A DNA stretch of 18,986 bases from Amoeboradix gromovi X-113 (GCA_018985225.1 JADGIF010000115.1:1-18986), one strand, 5' to 3'. Shown: positions 1 through 9,590, counted from the stretch's first letter. The notes: a model not told the origin generated them from the letters alone. A program made the numbers and translations.

Positions 1-94
1 GTGATAGATAGTTTGCTAGCGAATGGTGAGACCTGCATGGCAACAAAGGATCACTGATAAAGTAGTTTCGCCTATTGCCTAGGTGAAGAAATAT

Positions 95-177
95 GGGACA
101 CTACTGTGAAAACTTCAACTGGGTAAATCTCGTCACCCGCTTTTTACCCCTAGTCTAGTTTTTACAGAGCATGTCCC
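95..177. mobile_element. 83-bp miniature TIR element (MITE / candidate Fanzor 'ghost' locus) of the GGGACA family
   Basis: Starts GGGACAC..., ends ...TGTCCC and is imperfectly self-complementary. Flanked by ATAT (91-94) and AGAT (178-181). Its right end TAGTCTAGTTTTTA..TGTCCC matches the Fanzor-proximal TIR of the 2103-2592 element. Confidence 0.75.
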
Positions 178-244
178 AGATGTCTCACCTGTAGATGGAT
201 CACTTCTTAAGTTATGTGCCCATGAAAATCTGTCAAATCAGAAC

Positions 245-1312
245 TTATTTATTGGAATCCTCTTCTTCTGATGCCCTTTTGATAGACTCTGAAGTCTCTA
301 TAGAATCTGCTTTTTCTGGTGAGTATACATCTGTAGTTTCAGAGGCCGTAAATATGCCAGACACATCAGAAGGGATAGATATCTTTCTCTTTACTGAATG
401 ATTATCCTGTTTCTGTGGCGACTTTTTACGAGCATCTTTTGCGTCTCTTGCATTAACTTTTAGGAACTGTGATCGATGCTTCATTACTTGTTCAAAATGT
501 GTTTCCCAGTTCAGCAGTTGTATCAGGTTCATTATAGCGTCATCACACTTGCCCAAGTATTCCACATCTGACTTTCTCTCTCCGAATCCCAGTGAAGTAC
601 CAACTGATTCCATGTTTATTAGTAATCTGGGGCATTCCACTTTATTTATTAAACCAGCAAATGGTTGGACAGCTAAAGATGTACCGATTACAATCAATAA
701 ATCGCAAACTTCAAAATCAGATGACTGCAGCTCAAAATAGCGATTTGGAAGATTTTCACCGAAGAAAACGATGTTAGGTTTTATAAAGCCACCGCAGTGG
801 CAGTAAGGTATCTCATCGATGCTGATTATCGGGATTACCTTCTCAATGGTATTAAATGTGGTTTTGCAGAGAATGCAAGTGGAAGTTAGAAAAGACCCAT
901 GCGCTTCAACCAGCATATCCTCGGGAATTCCACAAGTAATCTCTAAGGCATCTATGTTCTGAGTGTATATTCGTTTTAAAATCTTTTTTTCGTGGAGCAG
1001 TTTAAGAAAATAGTGAGTTGGTGTCGGTGTGTAGTTTCCGTAGAGCTGCTTTGCCAATTTATAAAATGGTTTCGGCTCTTTCTTGAAATAAGATAGCTCA
1101 AATACAGCTTCTGGATATGGCACACCTAGTTCTTGTTGATACAGTCCATTAGAGCTACGAAAATCGGGAATACCTGAAGAGGTCGAAATACCAGCACCAG
1201 TCATGCAAATTATGTTGCTTGGATTTTCTTTCATTATGTAATTAGCTATTTCTTCGATATTAGACTTTTCATTCGTTGTAAGCAAAGAGAAGGATTTCGT
1301 AAACTGCTCCAT
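245..1312 (-). CDS. HST2: NAD-dependent protein deacetylase, sirtuin class I (SIRT2/Hst2-like)
   Basis: GAGISTSSGIPDFRS, YTQNID, EAHG, CxxC...CxCGG zinc site, KPNIVFFGE and GTSLAVQPFA motifs; acidic disordered tail. Confidence 0.93.
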   Translation of the reverse strand: MEQFTKSFSLLTTNEKSNIEEIANYIMKENPSNIICMTGAGISTSSGIPDFRSSNGLYQQELGVPYPEAVFELSYFKKEPKPFYKLAKQLYGNYTPTPTHYFLKLLHEKKILKRIYTQNIDALEITCGIPEDMLVEAHGSFLTSTCILCKTTFNTIEKVIPIISIDEIPYCHCGGFIKPNIVFFGENLPNRYFELQSSDFEVCDLLIVIGTSLAVQPFAGLINKVECPRLLINMESVGTSLGFGERKSDVEYLGKCDDAIMNLIQLLNWETHFEQVMKHRSQFLKVNARDAKDARKKSPQKQDNHSVKRKISIPSDVSGIFTASETTDVYSPEKADSIETSESIKRASEEEDSNK

Positions 1313-1489
1313 ACGGTGTTTGATGGAGATTGTAATTCGAAATTATCGAAATTATAGAGGATATACCGGTTTAAGACTGCGAAGTCCCAATCAGCAGTGT
1401 CGAAGTTGGTAACATATTCTTATGCTCTATGTTAAACTTTTTGAAAAACAAGCCTTTAAAATTGAAAGTTATCAATTTATTTAACTCAA

Positions 1490-1567
1490 TTACTTTGAAC
1501 GAGCACGCATCTTACGTCTCTTTCTTTTCAAACGACGTTGGCGCTTCTTCTTCCATTTACCTCGCAT
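1490..1567 (-). CDS. RPL41: Ribosomal protein L41 (eL41/eS32), 25 aa; too short for the ORF track
   Basis: Manual translation MRGKWKKKRQRRLKRKRRKMRARSK*, nearly identical to canonical eL41. Confidence 0.97.
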   Translation of the reverse strand: MRGKWKKKRQRRLKRKRRKMRARSK

Positions 1568-1789
1568 GGTGACTGCTAAACATCACTATTTGTTTTGTAT
1601 TTCATACACGTGTATCGTCCAATCACATCAAGTGCAAATGATGTCATTTCTATAAGCATAGAAAACCTACGATTTTTAAATAAATCATTTATTGTAATTA
1701 ACCAGCTATATCACTTCAACATGATGTCTTTCTAAAGCTTTCAACTTAATAAAATTCTATAACCTCTCTTTTCACCAATTGCAAATGAG

Positions 1790-2095
1790 TCCAGTACATG
1801 AGACCCATTCTGAAAAATGTCCTGATTTCCAAGTAGGAAGATCACCTAAATACCATGCTAGGAATCCTAAATCTTCATGTAATCCGAGATGATATTACAA
1901 ACATCAAGAAAGAATATGAAAATGGTTATCGGTAGAGATATTACAGCATATGCTCAAATGCTAATCACCCAAGCTATTTTGAAATAGATATTGTTAGTGC
2001 ATTTTCATCTTGAAAAAAGGCTTGATGGCATATTATGGGACTGACACATCTTAGAGTTGGGGATATTTTCTGAAATTGGGTCACATGTTATATAG
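1790..2095 (+). pseudogene. Fanzor/TnpB-like C-terminal relic (family 1, copy 1)
   Basis: Reads PVHETHSEKCPDFQ...ENGYR*RYYSICSNANHPSYFEIDIVSAF with stops and frameshifts. Inverted nucleotide homology to 5463-5845. Confidence 0.7.
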
Positions 2096-2102
2096 AAAAC
2101 TT

Positions 2103-2592
2103 GGGACACCAAATATAAAAACTAGACTAACTCGTTTTTAAAGGTGCTCCATACGGAGGAAATGCTATCATTAATAAAAGATCTTCTATTATACCAATTT
2201 TCTCTCATTAATGTCATTCCCTCTTTAAAATAAAACTAGAAGACCCTGAATCTCGTTCAAATATATGAGGTCTTTGAGCATCTAAGCAAAAGGTGCATTT
2301 TCTTAGACAGTACTCTTTCTTCATTTCATTTAATGTTATACTAACATCGTTACTCTTATCTATTTCTTTGAAGTGTAATAGTGATATTTTATTTGAAAGA
2401 GTAAGAGAATAGCTGTGCAGAATATTTATTTTTGAAATTTCGATACAAAAAGTTGTTTATTTTCCTTTTATACTCGTCAACTCCGCAACTAGCTGAATGT
2501 CCACTCGCCTCTTAAATCCATAAAGTAATAAAGCTGAAATAATGTTCCAAGTTGTTACTGAAAGTTAGTCCAGTTTTTATATTTGATGTCCC
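2103..2592 (-). mobile_element. 490-bp non-autonomous TIR DNA transposon carrying a truncated Fanzor 3' end
   Basis: 30-bp TIRs at 2103-2132 and 2563-2592 (28/30 match), with perfect 4-bp TSD ACTT (2099-2102 and 2593-2596). Minus strand encodes FKRRVDIQLVAELTSIK (VAELTS 2472-2489) ... KEYCLRKCTFCLDAQRPHIFERDSG (CTFC 2286-2297, ERD 2250-2258). Confidence 0.88.
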
Positions 2593-2616
2593 ACTTGTAT
2601 TTGGAAATATATTCAT

Positions 2617-2640
2617 TCTCGCTTTTAAATTTGATGTCCC
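2617..2640 (-). repeat. Solo degenerate TIR of the GGGACA family, 48 bp outside the intact end
   Basis: Reverse complement GGGACATCAAATTTAAAAGC matches the TIR GGGACATCAAATATAAAAAC. Confidence 0.65.
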
Positions 2641-2752
2641 GTGTCTCTCAAGTGTACACCAATCATGAGTTACGGCAATCATTAACCGTCTGATTGGATA
2701 TCTGCGATTGGGTTTGAACAAATTAAAACGATGAGATGTCAGGATTGCATTG

Positions 2753-3343
2753 ATGACTGAAAATACTCAATGTGCTCAGAAATTCTGCTGGATATGCTGG
2801 GATACAAACACCGACATTCCATTTATAAGGCCTTGTTTGGGCTGTAAAGATCCTGAACTTCAATATGCTCATTCTACCTGCATGAACCAATATATAAATA
2901 GTTTACCTAGGGTGAATTCAATTGATTTAGATCTACCTGAAGGCTTAGGGTTGTGGGAAACCATATTTTATAGACCGAGTTTGGAAGCACTGCCACTATT
3001 AGATTTTAAATGTACCAGATGTCTAGATTCGTATAACGTTGAGTTAGACTACTCTTCTAGATTGAATTCCCTTTTTAGAATACACAAATCAATTTTATTT
3101 GCATTACTGGGGCTCTTTGTGTGCTCCGCAGTTGTAATTGTAAGTAGCTGTATTATATTATCAAGTGGGAATGAAACTTTTCTAAGAAGTCCGATATTTT
3201 CGTTGTTTGGATTCAAAGGAATATCTCTAAAAACCTGGTCTATCCTACTATGTGTGTTGTATTCACTTTTAAACGTTCTAATGTGGCTATTCGTATTCTT
3301 TAAAATACCGCCTTTTCGAATTATTACTGTCTTAGATAAATAA
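2753..3343 (+). CDS. RING-CH (RINGv) membrane E3 ubiquitin ligase, MARCH-like
   Basis: CWICW...PCLGC...HSTC...CTRC (C4HC3) followed by two hydrophobic TM segments. ATG at 2753 is preferred to the TTG at 2750. Confidence 0.82.
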   Translation: MTENTQCAQKFCWICWDTNTDIPFIRPCLGCKDPELQYAHSTCMNQYINSLPRVNSIDLDLPEGLGLWETIFYRPSLEALPLLDFKCTRCLDSYNVELDYSSRLNSLFRIHKSILFALLGLFVCSAVVIVSSCIILSSGNETFLRSPIFSLFGFKGISLKTWSILLCVLYSLLNVLMWLFVFFKIPPFRIITVLDK

Positions 3344-3439
3344 ACTTTAAGCTTTGTTATTTTCTGCTTTGGAGACACCAAGCCAATACAATAATACAAA
3401 TTTGTTCCACTTCTCATTGTTGGACTAAATCAAGCGACT

Positions 3440-3640
3440 AAACTTGAGCTAATTTTCAAGAGTAGATTATGAGTTTTTCAAGCATTCGTGTACGTCTCTA
3501 TCTTAATCTACATAATGGTAGGTGCACTTGTATTATAAAACTGCGCTCAGGTGAAATAGAGCTATTTATCTTATTTTGTCTTGCAGCAGTAACACCTTGA
3601 GGGCGGCTGAGCCGGAACTCACTATTTTGACAAGTATAAT
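3440..3640 (-). pseudogene. Fanzor/TnpB-like C-terminal relic
   Basis: With frameshifts, in order: LVK/SEFRLS (EFR 3612-3620), RCYCCKTK, YKCT, DRDVHECL (DRDV 3491-3502). This is the RuvC-II, zinc finger, RuvC-III order. Confidence 0.68.
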
Positions 3641-3730
3641 AATTTAAAAGAGTTTTCCATAGAGTTTGCCATGGATGTTCTTAACTAAAAAATTGCAAAT
3701 TCCCCTTCAAAAACAAATTCCCCCATAATA

Positions 3731-3820
3731 ATGGATTTTTCAACTGGAATCAGCGTCGCTTCATTTGCCGTCAGTGTCTATCTGTTCAAGTATCATGGTG
3801 AACTTTTTGAAGGAGAGTAG
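3731..3820 (+). CDS. 29-aa single-pass micropeptide, possibly Tom6-like
   Basis: MDFSTGISVASFAVSVYLFKYHGELFEGE*. One TM helix ending in GEL, resembling fungal Tom6 C-termini. AATAAA lies 10 nt after the stop. Confidence 0.55.
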   Translation: MDFSTGISVASFAVSVYLFKYHGELFEGE

Positions 3821-4038
3821 TAATAACAACAATAAATTCCTAAATTTAAATTTAGTCGACTTAGTTTCATTTGTGATTGCCTTGAACTTAAGAACTCAAA
3901 ATAGGTGAGTTAGTTTTCCGTTTATTGGAGATTTTAGACTGATTTCAAATCTGAACGCTTTTGGGCTCTATAAATCTTAAAATTGGCAATTACAAGAATT
4001 GCAATATTATACGCAGACACAGATTTCAAATCTTTGAT

Positions 4039-4545
4039 TTATTGATTATCATTTGCGATTAGCCAGAATGAGTCTTTTTTGTTAATTGGTTCCATAAAAT
4101 AATAGTCCAAGTGCGATTGACTGTCTTCTCTATTGACGTATTTTTTAAGGGTTCTAGATCTATGGTTTCGCATAGATTCTGAGTCGTCAAGATTATCCGA
4201 GCTGTTTAACGTTTTCTTGCTAGAGCAAGCAAAGAGAAGTACTGTGGAATAAAAGTAGAACATAACAAATAGATGAAAAATGCCCATTACTAGCTTTAAA
4301 TATTTAAAAGTGCTGACGGTATAAATTATAATACCTATACTGAGTAGAAAAAGTATAGCATTTGCAAGCAAAATCCATTTTTGATATTGGACTTTATAAA
4401 ATGCATTTACAACCTGACAAACAAAATCTATGACATAGGTCGCCATGTAGATAGCATACAAGGGTGCCAGATGCATGCTTAGAACCATGATTAAAGAATA
4501 TACAGCTAAAACCAGCGTAAACGGTACTACCCACCATGTCATCAT
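4039..4545 (-). CDS. Hypothetical membrane protein (about 4 TM helices plus polar tail)
   Basis: 168-aa ORF with hydrophobic N-terminal two-thirds. Its stop overlaps AATAAA, as in neighbouring real genes. Confidence 0.6.
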   Translation of the reverse strand: MMTWWVVPFTLVLAVYSLIMVLSMHLAPLYAIYMATYVIDFVCQVVNAFYKVQYQKWILLANAILFLLSIGIIIYTVSTFKYLKLVMGIFHLFVMFYFYSTVLLFACSSKKTLNSSDNLDDSESMRNHRSRTLKKYVNREDSQSHLDYYFMEPINKKDSFWLIANDNQ

Positions 4546-4680
4546 TAGTGTTTGAGAGGAGTAAGTTGATCTATACTTATCATTTAATCCTAATTTGCCA
4601 ATACAAACAATTCAATAAAACCCAATGATCATAGATGATCAGCACGAGTAACATTTTCGGCGCAATCGACGTCACATCTG

Positions 4681-4926
4681 ATGAACCAAACTCAATCAAA
4701 AACATTTTATTTTAATACTAACAAGACGAGCAATCCACATATCTCAACTAAAGCCTCAGTGCTGAAAAATGACACTTCATCCGGAGGTATAGTAAATTCC
4801 ACGAGTACAACGATATCGTCTACGAAGGCATCGGCATTCCAGATAAAAGTTTTACCAAAAGCTTATTTGAGTAATTCGCAAAATTTAAATTGGGTGTGGG
4901 TGTTGCTATTCCTTAGCAGTCTATGA
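4681..4926 (+). CDS. Small Ser/Thr/Asn-rich protein with hydrophobic C-terminus (GPI- or tail-anchor-like)
   Basis: 81-aa ORF with several NxS/T sequons and a WVWVLLFLSSL end. AATAAA follows just downstream. No signal peptide is visible. Confidence 0.4.
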   Translation: MNQTQSKTFYFNTNKTSNPHISTKASVLKNDTSSGGIVNSTSTTISSTKASAFQIKVLPKAYLSNSQNLNWVWVLLFLSSL

Positions 4927-5206
4927 TTTTAATAAATATTTAAGATAGGACATCAATACAAAACTTAGAGTAACTTTTAAGGAGAGGTGCAAGGATGCTT
5001 TCCGTTGTTGCGGTTTTATTGATGTCTAAAGGCGATAAATGCATTTAAATATTTATTTAGTATTGCACTCTGCTATGCTCTTTTTCAAGTATGATGTGTC
5101 ATTCCACAATGTATTTGTACAATCTTCTACAAGTACGATATTGGAAAGAATCTTTAAATCAGTGTTCTTTTGGTTTAAATTAATGCACCCGGATAATCTG
5201 GATTTA

Positions 5207-5460
5207 TCCCAAATCAATTAGATTGATACAGTCTCAAAGACCTCAGACTGGCATTGTAATTACGTATTCATCAAGACTTGCATGTCTGCTATAAAATCTC
5301 TAGTTGAACTAGTCCAACCATCTTCCCGGAACCCAGGCCGCAAACCTATCCATTTTATATGTCTTTTAATCACAGAATCCCATATTTATCTTGAATTCCA
5401 TAGCTTGTTTGTTTTCCATTTTGCTTAAGCATTAAATCCCTGCAGTTGCAGAAGGAGAGA
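5207..5460 (-). pseudogene. Fanzor-like relic; 5207-5290 is an 84-bp inverted copy of 11979-12062
   Basis: AGCAGACATGCAAGTC..GAGACTGTATCAATCTAATTGATTTGGGA is shared with 11979-12062. Remnant SFCNCR ... SLR/DCINLIDLG. Confidence 0.55.
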
Positions 5461-5462
5461 GC

Positions 5463-5845
5463 ATAATATGAGAGCCGATTTCAGATAATGTTCCCAAATC
5501 TAAGTCGTGCCAGTCCTATAATTTGTCTTAAAGCATTTTTCAAGATGTAAAATGCACAAGCAACATCTCTTTCAAAATAGCTTGGCTAGTTAGCACTTGA
5601 GCATATGCTGCAATATCTCAACCGATAACCATTTTCATCTTCTGTCGTTATGTTTGTAATGTTATTTGTAGTACTTCATTATCATCATTTTTGCTCTTTG
5701 GCAATTACTCTTTTTGTCTGGTTTCTTTCGTTACTTTGTTGTGCTGAGAATGATGAATTAATGATAGTATGTAGTCTTTTGTATTTTCTTGGTGTTCCTT
5801 CTACTTGGAAATGAGAACATTTTGACAGAATGAGTCCCATAAATG
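5463..5845 (-). pseudogene. Fanzor/TnpB-like C-terminal relic (family 1, copy 2)
   Basis: DENGYRLRYCSICSSAN*PSYFERDVACAFYILKNALRQIIGLARLRFGNII* (CSIC 5601-5612, ERD 5565-5573), with upstream SKCSHFQ. Homologous to 1790-2095. Confidence 0.8.
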
Positions 5846-5890
5846 AGCAAAAGAAATACGAAAAATTATAATTAAAATCATAATACACCT

Positions 5891-6793
5891 TTATTTATTT
5901 GAGTTAACCTCTGCTGTGGCTCCTCTAACATTTGTGTTGTTATAATAACGCTTTTTAAATGGTTTCTTATACTTGGGTTTAGCGGTAACTGGCGTATTTG
6001 GAGGTGTGCGTGGGCTAGTTGGTTCATTTATGGCAATTCCCATGTTCAGAACAAAGTCTTTCAAGTCACTGTTGCCACGAGAAACAGATTTTGAAGGAGA
6101 ATCGTCAATTCCTAAAAGTCTCAATTTATCTTGAACTGGAACTGAATTAAATAAAGGAGTAGTTTCCTTAATTGCAGCACTAGATACTTCGATTTCAGGC
6201 GTTGAATGACCAAAGGTCTGCGTCGTGGCCACTGACTTTGACGAGTCAGGGATTTCAGGTTCTTGGCGCGGTGACTTCAGTGGTAGTATAGATGTGAATT
6301 GTCTATCAAATATCTCTTTTTCTCGCTTCACATAAACACTTTTAGGAATTAAAACAATGTACTGAGACAAATCTAAGGTAGATAAATCAGCTTGAACCAT
6401 TTCTTCCTTTTCCTTCCCATGCTGTAGAATGAAGGACATTGTTGGTGTTTCTTCTACTTCATCTTCAACTACAGCGCTATCTTGTTTAGCTAATTTAATA
6501 GGTGATGTGGTAGTTGGCAAAGAATGAATTGGAACTGAAATTGCCGGGGCAGTACCTCTATTGTCTTTATAATCTTTGTATTCTCTTTTGGGCTTATTAA
6601 CCCATCTCTTTTGTGGTTTCATTTGTGTCTTTTTCTTCAATCTTTGGGCGTCATTTTTATTCCAATCTAAAGCACCTTTTGTAATCTGTTCACTGGCTGC
6701 ATCTGCATCATAGCTATATTCGCTGTAAATCTGATCTAGCTCATGGTGAGAGTATTGTGGGAAGATTGAATAAAGTGGATTCGAATTGTTCAT
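5891..6793 (-). CDS. CUE/UBA-like domain protein with low-complexity tail (Def1-like)
   Basis: N-terminal LYSIFPQYSHHELDQIY...DADAASEQITKG..W resembles the Def1-type CUE domain; remainder is disordered and basic. ATG at 6793 is preferred to the TTG at 6811. Confidence 0.65.
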   Translation of the reverse strand: MNNSNPLYSIFPQYSHHELDQIYSEYSYDADAASEQITKGALDWNKNDAQRLKKKTQMKPQKRWVNKPKREYKDYKDNRGTAPAISVPIHSLPTTTSPIKLAKQDSAVVEDEVEETPTMSFILQHGKEKEEMVQADLSTLDLSQYIVLIPKSVYVKREKEIFDRQFTSILPLKSPRQEPEIPDSSKSVATTQTFGHSTPEIEVSSAAIKETTPLFNSVPVQDKLRLLGIDDSPSKSVSRGNSDLKDFVLNMGIAINEPTSPRTPPNTPVTAKPKYKKPFKKRYYNNTNVRGATAEVNSNK

Positions 6794-6964
6794 GAATTCT
6801 TTAACTTTCAATTAAAGTTTCACCTCCGATTGGACGGAAAAAATCTCCTTTAGAACGCCTGCTTAAATGTGAAGTACTTACGTTCCACAATTCTGAAGTA
6901 AAGTTAACTAGGGTATGTTCGGTTCTGAAATTTTCATAGCTCAATTACTACGAGTAACTTGGAT

Positions 6965-7350
6965 TTATATCTTTATGGCCTTCAGGACGACACGCAGAAT
7001 AGATATACCATCAACTTATTGTTAGGTTGTTGATATAGGCACATCTAAAGCAAATAACTGCTGAACATGCCTCGTCAACAGCATACGAATATTGGCTACA
7101 CACTTCCATCTCTGTTCGAATATATAATGTTCTCATGAGTAAAGTTCTAACTTTAGACTAACGTTCATACTTGTCACCTTCATCATATTCAGAACACCAA
7201 ACTCTGCTCACATAGCAACGGTAAACCTGCGCAGCAACATAATGACCTCATAAGTAGCGCCGCTCTCAAGTAGTCGGTAAGCTTATAAATGCACTCTCGC
7301 TTTCCAATTCTGTACTTTCTCGCCTTCTAATTTTGGCAACCGGTATGATT
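6965..7350 (-). pseudogene. Decayed Ty1/copia-like gag fragment
   Basis: A single frame with a few stops reads RLPKLEGEKVQNWKARVHL* ... RHVQQLFALDVPIS. This resembles the copia gag N-terminus (KL.G.NY..WK) and the UBN2 region. Confidence 0.35.
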
Positions 7351-7454
7351 TTCTTACGAGTAAATATCTTCAACTGTATTTATGTAGCCAATACTTAGAT
7401 ACACTTTGTTTCAGAGTCTTTCTAGAATCGTAAAATGCAACGAAACAAATGCAT

Positions 7455-7610
7455 CAAAATCGTATGGAGAACAGTATGTACAAACTGCAGGATTCAGGAA
7501 AAAATATTTATGCTCTCTGCTTGTTTTTCGCAGGTGATGTCTTGACTAAGTACTATTTCCGAGAAAATCAAGAATTTCCAGAGACATTGAGAGAGACCTA
7601 GCAATTGATA
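7455..7610 (+). pseudogene. Fanzor-like relic (family 2, copy A)
   Basis: TVCTNCR followed by the family motif TTTCCGAGAAAATCAAGAATTTCCA, shared with about 9545-9568 (-), 11254 and 18580. Confidence 0.55.
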
Positions 7611-7699
7611 CGAAAATAAGAAAATTGTAAACAATTATGCATCTATAGAATTATGATCAGTTAGAGATATAAAGTTTGTATTACTACTACAGATTACTG

Positions 7700-8150
7700 T
7701 TTAATTACAACTAGTTATTTTGCACCCAACTTGTGCTGAAGGGATGTGAAATAAATTTATTGTTTGAAATCTCAAGTGACCAATTACTGCAAAAGACAGT
7801 GTTTTTATTCTTGAGCCATGTAATGGGTACTTATTACCGACTTCTTTATGATTGAAATGCTCAGCTGGACCCATTTCAATTGATCAAAAGAACGAATATC
7901 CAGTTTTATGCAATTCGAAGTATCTGCATAAAGAATCATTGATGCAATAAAACTCATGCAATAGCGATAATTGGTTTATTCAACTAAAGTTAATAGCCGT
8001 AAAGCAATGCATGCTGACTTCCGACTTCTACATGATCCCTGGTGGAAGAGTCTTAGTATCATAAAGCTCATATCGATACAATTCTCTTTTTATCGCAAAA
8101 GTTAGCGAATGTTCTATGGTTGCTCGTGAAGGTAGGTTAACTTCCTCAGA
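7700..8150 (-). pseudogene. Fanzor-like relic
   Basis: About 150-codon frame with 3 stops: LTFAI...PPGIM...LLHEFYCINDSLCR...GHLRFQTINLFHIP...TSCN. Colinear with the family 2 relics. Confidence 0.5.
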
Positions 8151-8296
8151 TTGACGTCTGTTTCACAAGAATGCTAGTTGGTATATCAAGGATGCGCATA
8201 TTAAATATACTGCTGCAACAAAGAATGGGCGCAGTTGAATTGGCTCTTTAAATGGTGATGTCAATAGTTTAGGAGAAAGAACTTTGCTAACACCCT

Positions 8297-9025
8297 ATGA
8301 AACAATTCCGAATTGGAGGTGTGCCGGAACGATTCTTTGATGCAATTAGTGACCAGCTAACTGTTTGCAGAGGTGGAACAGGACAGATGATAGAAATGCT
8401 GGAAAAGAAAGAGCTTGACATTTCCATTGGATTAACTGAAGGGTTTATCAAGAATGGAAAATTTCCAATTGTTGGGCAGTTTACAGTCAATCCAATTACC
8501 TGGATGATATGTGGCAAGAGAGATATAAAAAAGCTTGGAATAAGTAGGTTTGGAAGCGGATCTCATCTGATGGGGCACCTGTTGATGGAGCGCGATAGCT
8601 TGAATTTCAGTTTCCATGAGTGCCTTGACATAGATGGCCTTCTGAAAAATCTAAGAAGCGGGCTTATTGATGCTTTTCTTTGGGAATACTACACAACACT
8701 TCCCTATGTTGAACCCTGCGAGATTGCTGGTACAATTCCATCACCATGGCCTGCCTTCTTTATAGCTTGCCATCCTGACATTTTAGCTGTCAAATCAGAC
8801 AAGGAAGATCTGAGGAAATTGTTAAATAGTTGGAATATAAAGAATTTAAAGTTTTACAATGAAAACAAAGAAAAGAAAGAATTTAGAGAGGTATCCTACC
8901 CTAAGGACCACAATTTACTGGATTTCGAAGCATTGGAGGATTGCAGCAAGACGCTTAAGCGTCTAGGTTTAATTCCTATTGATCACGAATACAAAGTTGA
9001 GCAGCTATTGAATTTTGCAAAATAA
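8297..9025 (+). CDS. Type-2 periplasmic-binding-fold protein (Ca3427/NMT1-like)
   Basis: IGGVPERF, GGTGQMI, LDISIGLTEG, GISRFGSGSHLM, DAFLWE and PWPAF motifs. Confidence 0.8.
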   Translation: MKQFRIGGVPERFFDAISDQLTVCRGGTGQMIEMLEKKELDISIGLTEGFIKNGKFPIVGQFTVNPITWMICGKRDIKKLGISRFGSGSHLMGHLLMERDSLNFSFHECLDIDGLLKNLRSGLIDAFLWEYYTTLPYVEPCEIAGTIPSPWPAFFIACHPDILAVKSDKEDLRKLLNSWNIKNLKFYNENKEKKEFREVSYPKDHNLLDFEALEDCSKTLKRLGLIPIDHEYKVEQLLNFAK

Positions 9026-9226
9026 ATTATTTATCGCGAATTTGTATTCATCTTTATATAATTTCACGACTTTTCCAATAGCTTAAATACTCGATATTCT
9101 TCCTATCCGCAAATGGTAAATGGAATCAATGCATGTAATCCCGAATATGTCAAATCTAAAGAAATAAATAATAGTTACAGCATACATCAACGTTGAGGAA
9201 CTGGTCCAAAAATGGAACAATTAGAT
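9003..9226 (+). repeat. About 224-bp inverted repeat, left copy (partner 11498-11720)
   Basis: Near-identical reverse complement. Includes the last 23 nt of the 8297-9025 CDS. Confidence 0.95.
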
Positions 9227-9450
9227 ACTCTTTAATAGCAGAATGTCTCTAAATCGTCTTGTCAAGATTTTTGTGACTTTAAGACATTATTTTAGACTCA
9301 AGCTGGTCTAATAAACTATCTTTCAAAAAATTTATGGCATCGGTAGATAATTAAGCATTTATTAGTCAAAGCTGTACAATTTGCAGAAGACTGAAAACCA
9401 ATTTAGAGACAAACACAAACTGTCATTCAAAATAGATAGAAACCATAAGT
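9110..9450 (+). pseudogene. Possible Fanzor middle-region relic
   Basis: YSIHQR*GTGPK..EQLDTL..VSKSSCQDFCDFK..LINYLSK/YG..LQKTENQF resembles the Fanzor1 segment between RuvC-I and RuvC-II. Weak evidence. Confidence 0.35.
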
Positions 9451-9474
9451 TTTAAACACATCCATAATTATTCA

Positions 9475-9590
9475 ATTTTATCCGGAATAATAGAAGCGTG
9501 AGCAATTGCAGTTACGAATTGACCGACTTTTTCAGCATCCTTGGGGGAAGTTCTTGATTTTCTGGAAACCAGGACTTTAAATGAGAGGTG
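9475..9590 (-). pseudogene. Fanzor-like relic (family 2, copy B)
   Basis: Reverse complement aligns over about 110 bp with 11235-11345 and 18565-18670. Remnant IRNCNCSRFYY. Confidence 0.6.

Noticed and set aside
195-777. Short + strand ORFs (195-401, 549-740, 592-777), and likewise 3049-3417, 8287-8517, 8432-8617, 14531-14725, 15435-15641, 16703-17200 and 18126-18464
   Set aside because: These are antisense shadows of well-supported genes and show no recognisable motifs.
2512-2721. 69-aa ORF, and similarly 5039-5221
   Set aside because: 2512-2721 runs across TIR sequences, and 5039-5221 overlaps the end of a relic repeat. Neither shows protein features.
4546-4655. Upstream exon or micro-intron extending the 4039-4545 gene
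   Set aside because: The candidate GT-AG segments tested lack a branch site and lead to stop codons.
5685-5888. 67-aa ORF as a gene
   Set aside because: It has a non-ATG start and overlaps the Fanzor relic homologous to 1797-1855.
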